From Lytechinus pictus (Eukaryota), in NCBI RefSeq assembly GCF_037042905.1, contig NW_026974141.1:15128001-15192000 (forward strand): DNA of 64,000 nt. The letters run 5' to 3'. The notes under the pieces are model-generated. The model did no database searches. It saw nothing but the letters and a program-made list of their open reading frames with translations, and was not told where the DNA came from. The position numbers and the translations under genes were made by a program. Each line of letters opens with the position of its first letter. The stretch's first letter is position 1. This document shows, in pieces, positions 47,601-59,439 of this stretch.

Positions 47601-48857
47601 AGACATTTTGTAAGGCCCACTGCTCCTGGAGACATGCAAGAAATCATTCCCCCAAGGAGGAGACGTCAAATGCCAGAGGTTCAGGAAGGGACTTCCTCAA
47701 GGATTTTGAGAAGCTCTCGTGGGCGACCTATCAAACCGAAGCCTATTCCTTCATACATGGCTCAGCTCGTAAGCCCACCTTCAAGAGGATTGGGAAGTGC
47801 AAAGAGAAAGAAGCGGGTGCCAAGGAAGGTTAGCCGACTTCCTAATAGGGAGCTTGACTCTGGTTCCCTAGCACACACTGTTTCTGTGACTTTGTATGAA
47901 GTACAACCTGGTAACACCCAAGAGATTGGGCCAGGTGTAGGTCCACCAACAGATGGTGTGCAACAGATGGTTCAAGGTGCCATTTCAGAGAAAACCAAGC
48001 CGACAATACCACCTGATCATTCATCATCAATGTCTGTGTATGGTGTCCAGGGGGAGACATCAGAAGGTAGTTCCGACATGGCTGTTGATCAGCAACAGCA
48101 GGGCAGCACTTTGTCTCAACTAGCTATTTCTGTCCCTCAAGAATCATCCATAGTTCTTGATTGTGACAATTATGTTTCATCCTCTTCAGTCACCCAACCT
48201 CACCTGCAATCATCCTACGCTTACACCTCTTCTGACCCTCAAGGAGATGATGGAATCCATGATGGATCCCTGACAACACCTCTCTTTGATCTAGGTGAAG
48301 GGCCAACCATGTCCTCTGCAGTCCAGGTGATGCCAACTTACAACTCCCAATCCTTCTCACTGGAAGAAGAAGACAGCCATTCAGATGCATTTGCTGGACC
48401 TCAAGAGCATTGCAATCCATCCGGCTCATTTTTCATGACCGATGCTCCCATGTCGGACCCTGTTGCAAGCAGCTCATCACGGAGCCTTCGCCATCAGACC
48501 CATGTTGATTCACTCGCCGAAGACAACCATGCCGGTACCTTTGCAGAAGCTCGGGAACATTGTTCTCCTGCACCGGCATTATTCATGACCGATGCTGCTA
48601 TGCCTGACTCTGTTGCCAGTACGTCCTCTCAGAACCTTGGTCATGGGGGTCATAGAAGCTCCTTGACAGAGGATTCCCTTTTCTCTATGGATCCCTCTCA
48701 TGAGTCAGGGACATCACTTTCCCAACACACAGGAGACAGCATAGATGACATCAGTGTAGACTTAAGAGCCATCGAGAGGGCGCTAGACTCGGATGAAGAG
48801 GAGCCATGTACTGATGAAAGAAGGGGAGATTCCCCATCAGAGAACATTGAGGAATGA
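35343..48857 (+). CDS. PRDM4: PR/SET domain zinc finger protein 4 orthologue, spliced, about 1339 aa
   Basis: Exons 35343-35687, 36401-36536, 37512-37683, 38388-39334, 39750-39899, 40267-40382, 42501-42705, 44210-44485, 46719-46897, 47364-48857 total 4020 nt, phases consistent. Zinc knuckle WCISC..CCPH followed by ETRARQSLP; PR domain FGP...NWMMF...NL.A...EELVVWYSKEYA; 7 zinc fingers including QKAHL and terminal TKYHLSRHLKSC (C2HC), as in vertebrate PRDM4. Confidence 0.9.
36401..36536 (+). CDS. PRDM4: PRDM4 coding exon 2
   Basis: cag|ACT CCT GGA...TCA G|gtagta. Confidence 0.8.
37306..37481. other. Assembly gap in a PRDM4 intron
   Basis: Run of N. Confidence 1.
37512..37683 (+). CDS. PRDM4: PRDM4 coding exon 3
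   Basis: tag|GT TCC AAC TGG...CAA AG|gtaggg; open frame. Confidence 0.8.
38116..38233. repeat. Perfect inverted repeat (56-bp arms, 6-nt loop), probably a Penelope-like element terminal remnant
   Basis: Arms 38116-38171 and 38178-38233; carries a minimal hammerhead-like motif (see findings). Confidence 0.85.
38388..39334 (+). CDS. PRDM4: PRDM4 coding exon 4 (P/Q/S/T-rich, contains 26-aa repeats)
   Basis: cag|C TTG CCA...TCA T|gtaagt. Confidence 0.85.
39750..39899 (+). CDS. PRDM4: PRDM4 coding exon 5 (zinc knuckle and start of PR domain)
   Basis: tag|GG TGT; encodes (W)CISCRAIVKCCPHQKPAVVVADKAVETRARQSLPDLLMLKPSIAIPGET; donor G|gtaaat. Confidence 0.9.
40267..40382 (+). CDS. PRDM4: PRDM4 coding exon 6 (PR domain)
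   Basis: Encodes GVYAKREILPNTRFGPVVG...HKTWR; donor gtaaga. Confidence 0.92.
40842..42010 (+). mobile_element. Helentron-associated (HINE/DINE-1/Tsp-like) element with internal tandem repeats
   Basis: Subterminal IR TGTCTTACCTGCA / TGCAGGTGAGACA, short GGC microsatellite, about six 150-190 bp repeats, 3' end CTTGTT, no obvious target duplication. Confidence 0.75.
42501..42705 (+). CDS. PRDM4: PRDM4 coding exon 7 (PR domain)
   Basis: Encodes IFSDRK...SNWMMFIK...EELVVWYSKEYARLR; donor G|gtaaag. Confidence 0.92.
43151..43863. mobile_element. PIF/Harbinger-like MITE with nested SINEs
   Basis: CTG|GGACCTGTCTTACAAA...TTTGTAAGACAGGGTC|CTG. Confidence 0.7.
43253..43712 (+). mobile_element. tRNA-derived SINE split by an antisense SINE fragment (43273-43447)
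   Basis: A box TGGTCTAGTGG at 43258, B box GGTTCGATTCC at about 43485; GTGGTTAA duplicated around the inner SINE. Confidence 0.8.
43867..43995. mobile_element. Second Harbinger-like MITE abutting the first
   Basis: GGGCCGGTAATGCAAAGCTTAGC / GCTAACCTTTGTGTTACGGGACC, flanked by CTG. Confidence 0.65.
44210..44485 (+). CDS. PRDM4: PRDM4 coding exon 8 (zinc fingers 1-3)
   Basis: Three C2H2 fingers; cag|GC...GCA G|gtatgg. Confidence 0.93.
44545..44810 (-). mobile_element. Degenerate tRNA-derived SINE
   Basis: TGGCTCAGTGG A box on the minus strand, GGGTACCCATT core, AAT tail. Confidence 0.6.
45310..45660 (+). mobile_element. L2-type LINE 3' fragment
   Basis: Translates as PYTPARSLRSS...LLRTPKTRVAYGARAFSASAPSLWN. 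Confidence 0.75.
46170..46480 (+). mobile_element. L2-type LINE 3' fragment with (TAT)n tail
   Basis: Translates as FAVAAAKTWNAIPLSIRNASSVLGFKSSLKTYLF. Confidence 0.75.
46503..46686. mobile_element. hAT-like MITE with perfect 8-bp target duplication GTAATAAC
   Basis: TIR CAGGGGTGTGAG / CTCACACCCCTG; duplication at 46495-46502 and 46687-46694. Confidence 0.9.
46719..46897 (+). CDS. PRDM4: PRDM4 coding exon 9 (zinc fingers 4-5)
   Basis: cag|GA GTG...AAG AAA|gtaagc. Confidence 0.93.
47364..48857 (+). CDS. PRDM4: PRDM4 last coding exon (zinc fingers 6-7 and long disordered tail)
   Basis: tag|TTG AGT TGC; TGA stop ends at 48857. Confidence 0.93.
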   Translation: MSCPVCDRRFYKDCQLIRHMKIHSGQRDYQCHICNKGFITKYHLSRHLKSCERYERFRRKSWPNSLDSIAGVVGQSSEERHFVRPTAPGDMQEIIPPRRRRQMPEVQEGTSSRILRSSRGRPIKPKPIPSYMAQLVSPPSRGLGSAKRKKRVPRKVSRLPNRELDSGSLAHTVSVTLYEVQPGNTQEIGPGVGPPTDGVQQMVQGAISEKTKPTIPPDHSSSMSVYGVQGETSEGSSDMAVDQQQQGSTLSQLAISVPQESSIVLDCDNYVSSSSVTQPHLQSSYAYTSSDPQGDDGIHDGSLTTPLFDLGEGPTMSSAVQVMPTYNSQSFSLEEEDSHSDAFAGPQEHCNPSGSFFMTDAPMSDPVASSSSRSLRHQTHVDSLAEDNHAGTFAEAREHCSPAPALFMTDAAMPDSVASTSSQNLGHGGHRSSLTEDSLFSMDPSHESGTSLSQHTGDSIDDISVDLRAIERALDSDEEEPCTDERRGDSPSENIEE

Positions 48858-49900
48858 CTTTGATTCTTGCTGTCTGCCACATAGCCAGCCAGCTAGATTA
48901 CCCAGCATTAATCAAGGTACTTGGGCAGCATGTCTTATGGTTAAACTTCAATACAATAGCTTTTGCACAGTGAATTACAAGTATGAGAATGGGGGGGGGG
49001 GGAAATTCCATAAATGTAATGTCATATCAGGCATAAGCATATAATATTCTTGCGCATTAAATTCAAGAATATATGTGATATTATGTTTAAAGTAAAGATT
49101 ATAAAATTATGTATTTTAACAGACTCAAATGTAAACTGCCGAGTTGCCTTTTAACAACTTTGGTCTAAACCTAATGCCCCTTTAAAATCCTGCCAGCTCT
49201 TTTTTTTTTTTTTTCGATTTTGGCAACAAAAAATATGTATTAAAAAAGTGTGTCGACCAACCCAAATTTTCATACATATTCTACATCAAAAAAAAAAGAT
49301 GTACTAATGTTGATAAAAATCAGCTAATGGCACAGTAGAACATCATTCATCACGTAAGCAGAGGACAGTTATGCATAAACAAACTTAAATCTAAATGTCA
49401 AAATAAATTTAAGAGTTCTTTCATGTCATACACCCAAGCTCCCCCCCCCCCCCGTTACAGCGAATAATTTGGTAAGGTGTTATTGCCCTTTCTTGCCATA
49501 AGTTATTACATCTCAAGAGCAATGTATTCATTGATAATCTGATCCATGTGAGTTATTGTTTGTTAACAAGCAGATTTGTACTTATAATGTACCGTATTCT
49601 GGTTCAGTTAACCAAGGTTGAATTTGACCATATGGATTGCTAATTTTCAACTCATCCACAAAATAAAATTATAGTCCTGAGAAAAGTTGTTCAAAACTAA
49701 GAAATGTATTTGTGTTGTTAAATGAAAATAGGAAAATGAGAGTATATATTGATCAAGGTCAAACATCATTTTAGGTTTAGAGCTAAAGAAAAAAAAAAGA
49801 TTTTCTTCTTATACATATTAATGAATGTGTTTTGATTTATTATATTTTATCTACAGTAGGTACATTGGATTATGTAATACATTATTTGATGGAAAATACA

Positions 49901-50263
49901 GTTTTAGGGATCACAGAAGAGAATTTATCATTCTGATAGGTTGGCAGGTCTGCAGTCAAATTACAGTTGTATAATGTGTAAGTCTTGTGGAAATTTATCT
50001 GCCTGTTTTTCTGCTGGTTCTTCTGTTTCATGGTCCTTTATGTCTAGAAATGTAATCCTTGCCAAGCAATTGTCACTTAAACCGTTTTTAGGGATCACAG
50101 AAGAACAGATGAGAATTTGTCATTCTGAGAGGTTGGCAGGTTTCCAGTCATAATACAGTTGTATAATGTGTAACTCTTGTGGGATTTTATCTGCCTGTAC
50201 TCCTGTCAGTTCTTCTGTTTTATGGTCATTCATGTCTAGAAATGCAATCCTTGCCAAGCAATT
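49901..50263. repeat. Tandem duplication of about 184 bp downstream of the PRDM4 stop
   Basis: Two copies of TTTTAGGGATCACAGAAGA...TCCTTGCCAAGCAAT. Confidence 0.9.
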
Positions 50264-51048
50264 ATAACTGGACATACACTAAACGCAAAGTTAACCTTGC
50301 ACTTAGGTTTCATGAGCTGAGAGTATAGATATTATGAACGGATGATTTCGTACAGATAGGAAAATAACCAATAATGTGGAAGAGGGGCTATAAATATTTT
50401 GTGTTTATTTCCATGATGTACAAGAATTTTATGCATGTTTGTAGAAAATTTACTGATATGTATTTTGTGTATAGTAAAAATATTTATGTTGAATATGAAA
50501 GGCACCCAAATGTTTAATTAAGAATACATCTAATTATTGCAGTAATTCTATGGAACATGCACAGATGGTATTTCCATTTTTATTTCAACTTTTTCTTGAG
50601 GTAGATTAAAGGGATACTCAAGCAGGAAAATTATTGATTGGAATAGATTGGTGACATCAAACAAATTAATTACTGAAATTGTTATGGCATTAGGTTTTGT
50701 ATGATTCTGAGATAGTTATAAGCCATGCCATGTCATCTTTTGCCTTTTTCATATATGTTGTATGAAATTCAATTATAGTTCTGCTAAATTTTCTGCTCCA
50801 AGAATTTTAATTTTTATTATAATGTGCACTGTTAAAATGGAAATATTTTGGTACCCATGTCTAAAAAGAAATCATGTACCCGTAATGAAATGGAAAAAAA
50901 AGAGAAAAAATCATGTAATAATACAAAAAAAGGAAAGTGGGGCTGTGCCATCATCAGCTCACTCATAGCATATTTATAATGTATATTTATGATGTCATGC
51001 ATATTCTTGATTTCATGTACTGGTATACAAGTGTTTTTACCATTATTA

Positions 51049-51330
51049 TGGTCGTGGTCTAGTGGTTCTGACTCTCGCCTTTGAAACAGAGGGTCATGTG
51101 TTCGAATCGTAGCCATGGCGTGTTTTCCTTCAGCAAGAAATTTATCCTCACTGTGCTCACTCGACCCAGGTGAGGTGAATGGGTACCTGGCAGGAGTAAT
51201 TCCTTGCATGCACTGAGCGCCGGTGATGGTAGCTCGAGCTAAAGCCGGGGTAATAATAGCAGCGCTTTGTATCCTCTGGCAAAGAGCGCTTTATAAATCC
51301 AACTATTATTATTATTATTATTATTATTAC
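51049..51330 (+). mobile_element. tRNA-derived SINE
   Basis: A box TGGTCTAGTGG, B box GTTCGAATC, conserved core, (TAT)n tail; TTACCATTATTAT on both flanks. Confidence 0.9.
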
Positions 51331-53321
51331 CATTATTATTTACCATTATTTTTACCATTAACAGTTGTTGATCCACACCAATTTTCCTGTGCTACCCTAT
51401 TAACCCATCAACCTAGTCTCCCTTCCGAAGTGAATAATAGTCTGCTCCTCAAATCTCTCTTTTTTCTACATAAAATGCATGACCACCGCTCCAACCTGAT
51501 GTTGAATCCCTAACTTATCGGACTGGAATTGATATATTCGTTTCTGAGAATCTCCAAAACAGTGGAGGGATCATGTAAGAGAGAGATGAAGACCTTTGAA
51601 ATACAATGACTTTGTTCCAAATGTTATGCCCCCACTCAATGAAGGTAGCTGCCAGATACATGTTTTTCCAATCCCCATCTATCCATCGTGTTGATGTTGT
51701 CGTCATGGTAACTAAGTAGAGCGTACAAATCAAATTAAGACTTGGTTCTCAGGAATGACGATCATCATGTTCATTTGGTAAGGCCTTTATTTACAATTGC
51801 CACTTTCCACATTTGCATAGTAAATTGGGTACCCAGTAGAAATACAGTACATTCTCTGAAATAAATGCTCAACCACTTGATCAAGACAGGCCATGCTTAA
51901 ACTCTTAGAAACATTGTAATATACTCTTAGAAACTTAAGCTCTAAGAAACATTATGTATTAAGCACTATATAAATGTTTCAGATTATTATTTGGGGCATT
52001 AACCTCAAAGGTGGTGATTGGTGGTGATTTTTTTACCTGATTGCTAAGAAAGCATGAATGCTTGTAAGCAAGCAACCAGAGGACCGACGGCTTAAGGTCC
52101 CCTCCGAAGGTCACCTAGATCATTACATGCATTGAATTATCTTGTTCTTGCGATGAATGAAGACTCGTTGACAATCAACTTTTAACTTATTGGTAATGAC
52201 AGTGATTAGATTTTGAGTGTTTCTTAAAGGGGGAGTGAGATGACCAACAAACACTGTTTGTGGTTTCCCACTAACTGTGTGTTATAGCTAGTCTTAAAAT
52301 ATACATTTTGAGATGAATATTTACAATACAGAGAATATGTTAGCATATAATTTTTATTTATGTAAAGAAACAAAACTCTTTTTCAGAGGACATGTATCTG
52401 TTTTCATGTTTGGCAACATAATTATTGCAATAAGAATGTGTTGAGTAGTGAGTTATTGTTATCATTCAAGTGGGTCTATATTACAAGACTACACTTCTCA
52501 GAGTGTTGCATTGTCGGTAATGAACATGATCAGATGGGTAGTTGAGGTCTAGGGGTGAGGCTATAAAAGGTTACTGGTTTGCATGGCCTTTATGATTTAC
52601 AAGTCATTAGAAAGCCATTCAAGCAGATACAAACCAATAGCGCCTCAAGTACTCATACCTGGCCAGTTTCCTGACCCATAATGCTAGTGTAGTCTAGTAT
52701 GTAGACCCACTTGAATGATAACATGCAAATTAACTACTCAATACAGTTTATACCGCAATAATTGTGTTACCAACTAACAAAACAATTACTTTTCCCCTCG
52801 AAACATTTTAGTTTCTACATACAAATACAATTATAGGTCAATTTATTCTTTGTAGTATTAGTAGATATCTGAAAAACATATATTTTAAGACTATTTATTT
52901 ATAATACACATGAGAGACCACACAGTTCACCCCCCTTTAAATATCATCTATTTTGCTAAAGACGACAATGAATTACATGGACAAAGCTGACCATTCTGAG
53001 GTGTTCAGTTATTGTTTTAGTGGCCAAAACATGGAGTAGTAGTGTGTGTGCAAGCGCTTTATAACTGAAAGGAAAAGGCGCTATATCTAATGACCTTTGA
53101 ATTGGATTGAAGTCAATTTACTTCAGATCTGGCAGTTGTGAAAGCATAAAGTGCGGTTGCTCTCAGCCAAGTATCCAATGTAGTTCATGCTTTGTGAATG
53201 AAACTCACACTTATTTGATATTACTCAACATGTTTTTATAAAAATTTGATCAATTTTGGGCAGAAGTACCCCCTTAAGACTCAAACCCATTTGCCTATCA
53301 CATGCAATATTTAATAAAACC

Positions 53322-53911
53322 CCCGGGGGGGGGGGCACTTCCATTGACGAGTGGATACCATGCGCGACCAAGGGGTCTCGAAAAGCACCGTAAACACGTA
53401 TTTTCCATATTCTGAAAATGCACCCCTTAACAAGTATTGGGGTCTGAAACCCTACCCTAGTACTCTTAACAAGTATTGGAAACAAAATGATACTCTTGGC
53501 AAGTATTCCCTGAAATGAACCCCTAAACAAGTAAAGCGATATTTTATTGTTATGTCACGGGTCCGTCGGTCGTCGGTCGTCGGTTTTACCTTTACAGTTT
53601 ACACACCATTTCATTGGTTTAGTACGGCCCAGCTTCCACACCTCGCGCAAATCGGACTCTAAACACTAGTGTTGGGGCAAAAAGGACATACTTTATAAAA
53701 CATTTTAATTTTGTTTTATCATCCCCGCAAATTTGACCCTAAACACGTAGCTTTCCCAGCGAAATAGATACCCCTTTTTCATTATTTTTGTGTTTTTGAC
53801 ACCCTTATCACGTTACGTACGTAACGTGCCCTATGTTGAAAAAGACATCCTTTTTACGTGTTTTTTTTGGTCGCGCATGGTATCCACTCGTCAATGTAAG
53901 TGGCCCCCGGG
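53322..53911. mobile_element. Complete CCCGGG-terminus MITE with 9-bp target duplication AATAAAACC
   Basis: TIR of about 45 bp; duplication at 53313-53321 and 53912-53920. Confidence 0.9.
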
Positions 53912-55539
53912 AATAAAACCTGTTCAGTTTGATACCATTCAGTTGTTTGATTCGATTCAATTGTTTGATTCAATTCAATTGTTTTGGAGCCTTTTTGCCT
54001 GAAGTCATATGACTGTGTAGTCAAACGGGATGAAACGAAATGATACAATTTCAGTATTTCAAGCTGTGTCAATCAAGTAATAAGATGACTCAGATCATTG
54101 AAGCGATATAGAAAAGATGGTAAACAAAACCAGATGAAAAATAACAAAGGAGCAATATTTTTAAGGGATTTATTAATGGAAAAAACAGTTACATAACATT
54201 GGCTTTATTCAAATTAATGAACTGATAATGGGATATATTATCAAGCTCAGTTTCCCTTGGCTATCTTAATCAAATTCTAAACTGAATGATGAAATTTGTT
54301 TTCGCTGACTTTTACTCCTTATGCCCGTGGCATAAAACTTTTGCCATAAAAACATGGCAAATTAACAAAAAATCTGGCAAACAAAATTATGCCATTGACA
54401 ATGACAATGACAATGACAATGATTTTATTTCTTTGACGGCCCCTCCTGGGGGCATAGAAGAAATATAACAACTTACAACAATGGCAATAATAGGCATAAG
54501 AAAAAAATACCAAGGTAACAAGAATCAAACATGATAATAAACATATGTACAATACAAGAGCAGTAATAGAAATAGAAACGGGCACAAATTAACCCACCCA
54601 CTCCTGACATGCCAGAGAGTATCTGGAGACCGGTACCCCACTGAGCATGTGCAGGTGCAATCCAACAAAATCTGAAATCATGCCCTAATACGAGAAAGTA
54701 ACCAAGACAGCAACTACACTTAAGATATTAAAATAACGCATTATGTGTAGTCAAAATTCATTCAACAGGCCCCCGCCCCCCTGTGAAGCAAGGTGTAAAC
54801 CACATATAGTTTGCTCGTTGTGTCATATGTATGCTCTCTATGAAGTCTGGATTATGTACATTTTGTTCATGGTAAAATAAAAGTCAATATGTCTCTTTGT
54901 ATGTTATTACATGAAATCAAATATGTTCCTTGTATTCTAGGTTTGTCAGGATAGATTTTTCCTAGCATAAAATTACTGTGTTATCTCACTGTATTGAAGA
55001 GGTCATACAATCTCCTTCATACTTTGATTGGAATATGTTTGTTTATTTCATATAAAAATGAATTAAAATATGAAGTATGACAGAGACCAGCAGCTCATAT
55101 TAGTCACTACATCCTTTTATAGTCTCATTAATTTATTCAAACTTCGTTTCTCATTGACTGTGCGTTATAGATAGCTAGTCTTGATTTTTACCTTTTCAGA
55201 GAATAAATAAATGCTATAGATTTATTTTCATGAAGACACTAATAATATATTTGAGAGGAAATGTACTTGTTTTCTACTTGGTAATGCATGAACAATAATT
55301 GAAGTATGGACTATGGATAACTTTGTATTGGGTAGTGAGTTAATGTGTTATTATTCAAGTGGGTCTATATTACAAGACTACACTTCTGAGAATGTTACTT
55401 TATAGGTTACAAACCTGTAGAGATTTGATAAAGGTCTTTAACTGGCAAATAGGAATACCAATCTATAACAGTTGACACCGACAGACTTGTTGATTCTTTG
55501 TAAATATGGTATCATATCATTGTCAGCTACATTCATAAT

Positions 55540-56070
55540 AGAAGAATGAAGTGAATACGAGACAAAGTGGAGGATAGAGATGAAAAGAGAAATTATATGG
55601 AGATGGAAAGAAGAGGATGAGGAAATGATGGGAGAGAGAGAGACGGAGAGATGGAAGAGGATTGGAAGGAATTAGGGAGTGAGGAAATAAAATTGAAGAA
55701 AGGATGGTAGAGAGGATGAGAGCTAGAGGGAGAGAGGGGGGTGACAGAGAGGATGAGTAAGGGAAAGAGAGAGAGTGGGTAAAAATGGGAGAGAGGATGA
55801 GTGCTACAGGGAGAGAGGTGGAAGGAAGGTAGAGGGGGGTCGGGGTGACAGAGAGGATGAGGGGGGGGGGGTCAGTGAGGAAAAAAATGGGAGAGACGAT
55901 GAGAGCTAGAGGTAGCTAGGAGGAAGGTAGAGAGAGAGGGGGGGGGGGGAGTGAGTGAGAAAAAATGGGAGAGAGGGGGGTGAGAAAAGATGGGAGAGCG
56001 GTGGAAGGAAGGGAATGGGAGAGATGATGGAGAATTATTGGGAGAGAGAGAGAGAGAGATGGGAGGGGAA
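55540..56070. repeat. Purine-rich (GA) low-complexity tract
   Basis: Seen directly; similar tracts at 24425-24560 and 32060-32140. Confidence 0.9.
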
Positions 56071-57882
56071 CACGGATTACAAATGCCCTAGATTTTCTCA
56101 TTAAGCTTCTTAAATCCACTTGAAAGGGGATTGAATGAAAAGAGGTTCCGCGCATGATGGCTCGTCACATTTGACGTCGATTGAAAAGGAATAATCATTT
56201 GCGATAACTCGTTGAATTCAAAAGGATGAGCTCACTTATTCGCTGAACAATTGTTTGCCAATGTACTTGTTAACATCTTTATTATCAATCATTTGTCCAT
56301 GAAAGACAATACTTGCGTGATTAGAATTAAGTATTGCATAAGTACTTGTATTAGGAAGGTGTTGACGATATCGGATATAACAAGGTCATTGGAGACGAAA
56401 AAAAAAAGAATAAAATGCAGTATGAAAGAAGCAAGTAAACTCTATTGTGATGTGTAAATGTAATGCTTTTGTTATCATTTAAACTAGTACTAACAAGTAG
56501 AAATAGAGAAGAAATTTAGTTAACCCCCTGACACAGCCAGGCACGTAGGGTGGAAGTTTTCACGATTATGTTTTTTTTAACATCGTTAATAGATTTATTG
56601 CTTGTCATTAGCCCACCTGAAACATCCGTATGAATCACCCTACAACCTGTGTTATTATTATCATTATTGTTATTATTATTATTATTTATTTATTATTATT
56701 ATTATCATTATCACTACTTCTACTTCTATTATTATTACTATTGTTCTTCCTTTTATTATTATTATCATTATGGTTTGAGGAACTGTGTATGGTACTTATC
56801 ATGACTCTTTTCTTCCTACCTCTTCTTTCACTGTCTCCCCTCTCTTTCTGTTTCTCTCTCTCCATCTCTAATTTATGTGCATAGAGATGTGGGTGTATGT
56901 GTGTGTTTATTGTTACATATGTATTTTAATGTATAATTTGTATTATAATGTTAACCTCAAATGTATAGTGTATGTTGGGACCCTGCTTACAAACACTTTG
57001 CTTATTATGGGTATCCCTCCATTCGTAAACATATCCTGCCATCCATTTTTAAACAAATGTATTTGTATTTCATGTCAGATTTTATCTGCTTATTTTTAAA
57101 GATGGTAAATAAATTGAAATTGAAAAAAAAATTAAATTGAAAAATCATTATTATCAATATCATTATGATTATTATTACAGAAAGTTTTCCGACATTTTAG
57201 GTTCATTTTCCGAAGTTTCACTTTAACACCGGCCTATTATTTCCATCACATAACAAATATTGTCGAGTGTGGTAAGGGGTGGGGCTTGAGGATTACTTCC
57301 AAACAGAACCCTCCAAACAGAAAGAAAATGTTTATAAAAAGATACTTTCTTACATAACGCTGCTTAACATCGAAGAAAATTTGAGGCATTCTGCGCATGC
57401 TCACTCAACATCCGCCCGCACACTCACCAGCAATTTCCACACACTTCATGTGCTTAACACGCCTTTCAAAAGATGATTCTAAATTTCATAATACTCAGTA
57501 AAAGTTAATTAATATGAAAGCGTCATTGCATTTATGAGGATAACGTATTTTGGATTCTAATATTAATATCAGTGCAGTGTATTCCACACTGTATATAAAG
57601 AAATGGTTAGCCGACTCATCTTATATTCCAAGACATTTCTTCATTACCACCAGTCGTCATGGGTGAGTTTTCGTATTCAGTTTTAAAGAGGAATCTTCTA
57701 ACAAAATCTGGTTATATAAGTATTTTGATTGTCATTTCGACTTCATTTTTTTTTCATCAGCAAATCATGAGTCTATGTTCATTTGCAAAACAAACTGCTC
57801 ATTTCCTTCTCACATAACTCCAAAACTTGTAACTAAGCTATTTTTCTCGCTATATACTTACTCATGAAAACTTTGTTTGTTA

Positions 57883-58190
57883 CACTCTAAAAAGTTTACC
57901 CAGTATTTGGTAAAATGATTAACATGCATGCTTGTTGGGTAAAAAGATTTTGTTTCAAGAGGGAGGATAGTTCTGAGGAACCAATTGATTTAAGCTATGC
58001 ACCTACCATTATTCTCGTACCCCATTTCTTTAACAACACAATGTTGCGTTGAAATTTACCCTTAATTCAAACATGCATTATTTGCCCAATATCTTTTTTT
58101 TTCTGGGGGGGGGGGGGCATTACCCAGCAAACTTGCATGTTTCCTTTCCTACTCAATATTGGGTAAATTTCTACTCTCTGTTTTTAGAGT
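57883..58190. mobile_element. CACTCTAAAAA...TTTTTAGAGT MITE containing an inverted copy of the adjacent 58255-58312 sequence
   Basis: Short TIR; GGGAGGATAGTTCTGAGGAACCAATTG block at 57961 is the reverse complement of 58285-58311. Confidence 0.55.
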
Positions 58191-59439
58191 TTAAAAGTGA
58201 GAAATTATACATATATTTGGCAACACGTTCTATTTCAGTGTTGTGAAAGAAAGTGGGGGTACGAGAATAATGGTAGGTGTAAAACAATTGGTTCCTCAGA
58301 ACTATCCTCCCTTTTGAAAACTTTTGTTATTTAAAATGTTCATTTTATTCCATCAAGTTTTTAAAAGGAAGGATAGCTCTGGGGAACTTCGATTTAATCT
58401 ACGCCTACCATTACAAAATCCGATTAATGTTTTTTGCCAAATAAACTTTTATTAACGCCTACAATTTTCGACAATCCTTCATCTTCTTCAGGTCAATGAC
58501 ACAATCATTTACGTCTGAAGAAGATCGTTAAATATTGAGGCTTTTAATAGGTGTGATAGGGGAAAATGCATTCATTGAATTTGTTTTGTTATAATACATA
58601 TAGCAAATCAATGATATCAACAGTCGATGTCAATTTTCTGGCATCAGTGAAAAGTATGACTGAGGGTACAAATTTGTGCTGACTAGGAATAAGTCCCATA
58701 GATAAATGAATATTGAGCTTTTGTTTAGTTTCTTTTCAAAATACGTTCACTTTTAGCCTGTTTCTGCTTCAGTTGTGCAAAAAATATTTCGAAGTGAATT
58801 AACTAACAAATTAACTTGTTAGGTTCAAAAGTTAGAGGTAATATTATCGATAAATGAAGGATTATTTGTGAAAGCAAAATAGGAAGGCCGATACGCATCG
58901 CATTCTTTCAGGGGGCTTCTGGCACAAAACGGGGCATTAATGGGCATCGGATCCTAGTATATTCAAAGTATCAAAGTGAGCAAAAACTGGAAACAAGCAA
59001 TCATGATTATTTGGATCTATATTAAAGTATAAGAAACGCGTTGACCGGCATACTCGATTAGAGGAAGAGTACCGGGTCGATCAAGAGGTTTGATAAAAAT
59101 ATTTTGCAATGCAGGGTGTTCTGTATGTCAGCGTGAGGCTCCTCTTTCTCATCTTTAAGAACAATTAGCAGTTTGGCCCGCAGTTTGGGCTGTTGATGAA
59201 TTCTCTACGCATATAATACCTACTATGATTGTTTTATTTCATTTTTGTTTACTGCAGACACCATTTAGAGAGGGCAAGCCTAATAAAAGTTATTTCAAGT
59301 TCATGGACATCGGACAAGAACAACACAATATAAGAAGCCCCCGGTCCAACGTTCTACTTGCGTCCATCGAATTCATAACGGTCCAAAAGTGAAGAGGAAG
59401 CATACCTGTTTTAAAAGTCTGAATAAACTGATAGCAAAC

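Noticed and set aside
51049-51125. tRNA gene (A and B boxes)
   Set aside because: It is the head of a multi-copy SINE with a conserved body and (TAT)n tail.
59389-59439. GTG start given by the ORF track for the GPCR
   Set aside because: Eukaryotic gene; the first in-frame ATG is at 59440.
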